Shown: positions 60,796 to 64,000 of the stretch, one piece after another
Layout of the letters: each line of letters opens with the position of its first letter
Numbering within the stretch: position 1 is the stretch's first letter
Assembly: GCA_051942205.1 (NCBI GenBank)
Contig: JAVECO010000119.1
Span: forward strand, 1 to 64,000
Source: Coniocarpon cinnabarinum
Lineage: Eukaryota
DNA length: 64,000 nucleotides
Direction: 5' to 3'
Notes under the pieces: model-generated
Seen by the model: only the letters and a program-made list of their open reading frames with translations
What the model was told of the DNA's origin: nothing
The model's database searches: none
Made by a program: the position numbers and the translations under genes

Positions 60796-63700
60796 TCAAG
60801 CACCGTGCATGCTAGTGTCTTCCACGTAGCCCCACTGATCCAGCCAGAGAGCCATCCAATCCGGATGTATAGGCTGTAGTGCCTGCATCGTCGGACTAGC
60901 GGCCACAGTCTTCTTTGTGGCAAGCCTGCTCTTACCATCATGTCTTTCCACAACTTCGAAGAAACGTAGCATTTTCAAGACGGGGTATCTAGTCAGCGCC
61001 AATTCATTGTTCACATCAAACTGTTTCACTCTGTTGAACCAATCATGCCAAGGTACAATGGGAACGTTCCGAGGTCCACCAAGTCGCGCCTGTACAGTAT
61101 CCATGAGCGCATACCACGGAGCGAGTCGAGGGTTGCTAAGGTTGTAGACGGTAGAAGCGGGGCAGCTCTCGCTCAAGATGTCTCTGATGAGAAGATCATC
61201 GACAATGACCTTTCCAAGTACATCCACAGGAACCCAATCGACCTCAGACATATCACCAGGGATACAGCCCAGGTTCCGGGACGTCTCGATTATGGACGGA
61301 AGCCATTCGCTCCGGTTCCAAGCAGGTCCCATGGCTTCTGGGAAGATACCAACGGGGCCTGCAATTTGACCGGAGCGTAGTATAGAAATCGGCACGCCCG
61401 CTTTGGTTGGAGCAGCGGCCAGGATCCGTTCAGCGACGTATTTCGATTGACCGTAGCCCATTTGCTGAGCGACATTGGGATTCACAAGGATTTCTTCAGG
61501 AACCGGCTCCCACTGGTTGCGTGGTTCGTGATAGTTGCCGACAGACGCGATTGAAGAGACGAACATTATACGGGGTCGCCGAGGACTGATCTGTGAGAAC
61601 CGAATGAAGTTGGCAACGCCTCGAATATGGACAGGCTCGAATGAGCTCAAGCTATGATTGAAATCGACTTTCCATGCGTTATGAATGATTGCGTCCACTT
61701 GTTGCGTCAATATTTGGTACAAATCTGCGGAGAAGCCGAGCTGAGGCTCTCCAAATGCAGTCTGCAGGAAAGTGACTTTATAGTCCGGTATGGCTAGTGC
61801 AGGCATTGCAGCTTGTATACGTGAGCGAGCATTGTCAGTCCGGTCCAAACAAAAGACATGCCGTATCTGTGGAGATGAGATCAAGCTTTGAACTATCCTC
61901 ATGCCCAGCGAGCCAGTCGACCCTGTCAGCGCTATTGCAATCTGTCCAGGCTGAGGATGCTGTCGCGGGATGGCACCGTCTGCAAGTTCCATGGCTGAGA
62001 TGTATCTCGCAATCATGCTCTCTACAGCCGCCACCGCCGCGTGGGATGCGTCATCTCCAGAGGGCTGCTCCTGCGTAATGAATGTTTCCAAGGCATCTGC
62101 GAGATTAGCGACGCAGGGAAAGTCAAAAATCGTCTGGCCTGTCAGCCATCGAAGATCGCCGTATTTGGGCTTGAGGCCTGCCTTGAGCATACGCGTGAAC
62201 TCCACGGTTTGTACGCTGTCTAGACCATTGACGTAGAAGTCATCTTCATCATTGAACGTATCGTGCGACAGCGGCGAGAGCATCCGAGCACAGTCACGAA
62301 TAAACACTTGAAGATTTTCGCGAAGACTGCCGAAGTCTCCCAGGGTAGGCCCTGCATAGCAGTCGCCATTCATACCCTCTCCATAAAGTGTTTCCACCAG
62401 ATTTGAATACTTCTCGAGGCTGAGCCTCCTTACGACTGTCCCCTTTGCCGCGCGAACAAGTCCCGCAGGCTCTACAAGCCCGATCTTGGATCGCAATAGC
62501 AAGCCCTGTCGCTGTGACTGAGCGTTTGCAGTCTCGATCGTGGGCCATAGCTCCTCGAGGAATGCTTCAGCATTCTCGACTTCGTCTTTCGGTTCAATCA
62601 AGGCCGCTGGCTGTTGTCTGTTGTCACCAAATATGAGCACACCAGATACCCTAGGGCTGTTCAGAATGATGCCTTCCGAATTGAGGGGATTCCATTTCTC
62701 GCCATTCGAGAATATGATGATGTCATCGTTGCGAGCATAAAAGGTCCAGAGACCCGGCTTGGTGGGATGTCGCATAAACATGTCTTTCGTTCGGTACTCC
62801 TGGAGGTGTGGATGGGTCCAGTAGATTCCGCGCCTGGAGGCTTCCGGCTCATCATTGTGAAAGACGAGTTCGTATGCTCCATCCATGATGAGCTGCATGT
62901 CATTGCCCCAGTGTGGATGGAATTCAAGATATGCCCAGTCTTCAGGGAGAGGAATGAGTGTCTTGTTTGGGCCAGTCTCTGTTGATCCGAAGATGGTGGC
63001 CACTTTGACGCCGTGTTTGACAAGACGATCGCCACAGGCACGCGACAGAGGTCCACCAGCATAGATCATGACTTCCTGCTGAACTAGCAGCTCCATGCCT
63101 CCTGGCAGTGCTGAGATTTGCTCGATGATTGAAGGTGGCGCGTAGGTGCCCCGGACAGGTTGCTGTTCCATGATTTGTTTCGCCAATTGCGCTGTTGCAG
63201 GTCGATCGGGTAACGCAAATATGGCGCTAGCTTCTACTGCATACACAGGCAAGACACAGGTAGCTTGAAAGCCTGCAAGATGACAGCAAGGAAACGGGGC
63301 AAAGAAAGCTCCACCTCCGTCAAAATCAAAGGCCAACATCCCAGACAGATGACGACCGGGAGGAGGTTGCATGTACGCGTGCGAGGCTGCCATGTAGCCG
63401 TTATTGATTGTGACAGCTTTGGGTGGGCCTAGAATGAGGACTCGGTCAGATGAAGGCTTACTGACGTGCAAGACGCAGTGGACGCACCCGTAGAGCCGGA
63501 ACTGTGAAGTACTAATATAGGATCCCATTTGCCTTCTTCGAAGCTTCGTTCGAATGGAAAGTGCCGAGTGTACGAGTCGAGCCAGTGGTCGAAATCTTCG
63601 ACGACTTGTAATGTCATGCCAGGAACGAGTGCTTGGACTGCCTTGCCCACGGACGCGAGCTCAGGCGACAAAAAAAACTTTCGACATTGTGTGGTTTCGA

Positions 63701-64000
63701 ACAGGATTGCGTTCTGCTGCGGGGTGTTCTTTGGAGACAGCATCAAGGTCTGTGGTGGCTCGTCAGATGCCTTCTTCACGTAATGGGTCTGCTTCGTACC
63801 TTGTAACCACATTTGATCGCCGCATAAAATACCACAGCATATCTCAGGTCATTGACGCCCGTGTACGCAATTGTTTCGAAGTCGCTGCTTGTTCCATACT
63901 CCTCCTTCATGGCCCACGCGAATGAATCGATAGCGCACGCGACCTCCCGCATGGTAACATATCGTAAGCCATCTGCAATGTTGGAGGACTCTGGCAGACA
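60796..64000 (-). CDS. NRPS-like A-T-R (carboxylic acid reductase-type) enzyme, 5' end beyond window
   Basis: A domain: NDLRY, ILVLHSSGSTG|PPKAV, FGSTE, YRTKDMF, RNDDIIIFSNGEKWNP, KGTVVR. T domain: DFYVNGLDSVQ. R domain: LTGSTGSLG, IIHNAWKVDFN, GYGQSKYVAE. Confidence 0.93.

Overview
Gene-dense genomic DNA from a filamentous ascomycete (Pezizomycotina), judged from short GT-AG introns with CTRAC branch sites, fungal gene families and a RIP-type AT-rich block. Bases 1-~4135 are a heavily RIP-mutated repeat region with a possible LTR. The rest holds about 22 protein-coding genes: a CMD-family protein, an AsnB-like amidotransferase, a bacterial-style KARI, Y14/RBM8, RPS19, a GH47 EDEM/Mnl1, a KH protein, Gup1, an HD hydrolase, a GRDP-like protein, importin-11, an Erd2-like receptor, an adjacent biotin carboxylase/carboxyltransferase pair, a CorA-like protein, TenA, an F-box protein, a Bax-inhibitor protein, an NCS1 permease, Kel3 and an A-T-R NRPS-like reductase cut by the window end. 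The standout is a tRNA-Leu(CAG) gene at 5448-5653 split into four exons. One intron is the ordinary short anticodon-loop intron. The other two look like spliceosomal introns (GT...CTRAC...CAG), one in the D-loop and one in the 3' acceptor strand. Removing all three restores a complete cloverleaf with the Leu discriminator A73. All calls come from reading the sequence and recalled family motifs; no searches were run.
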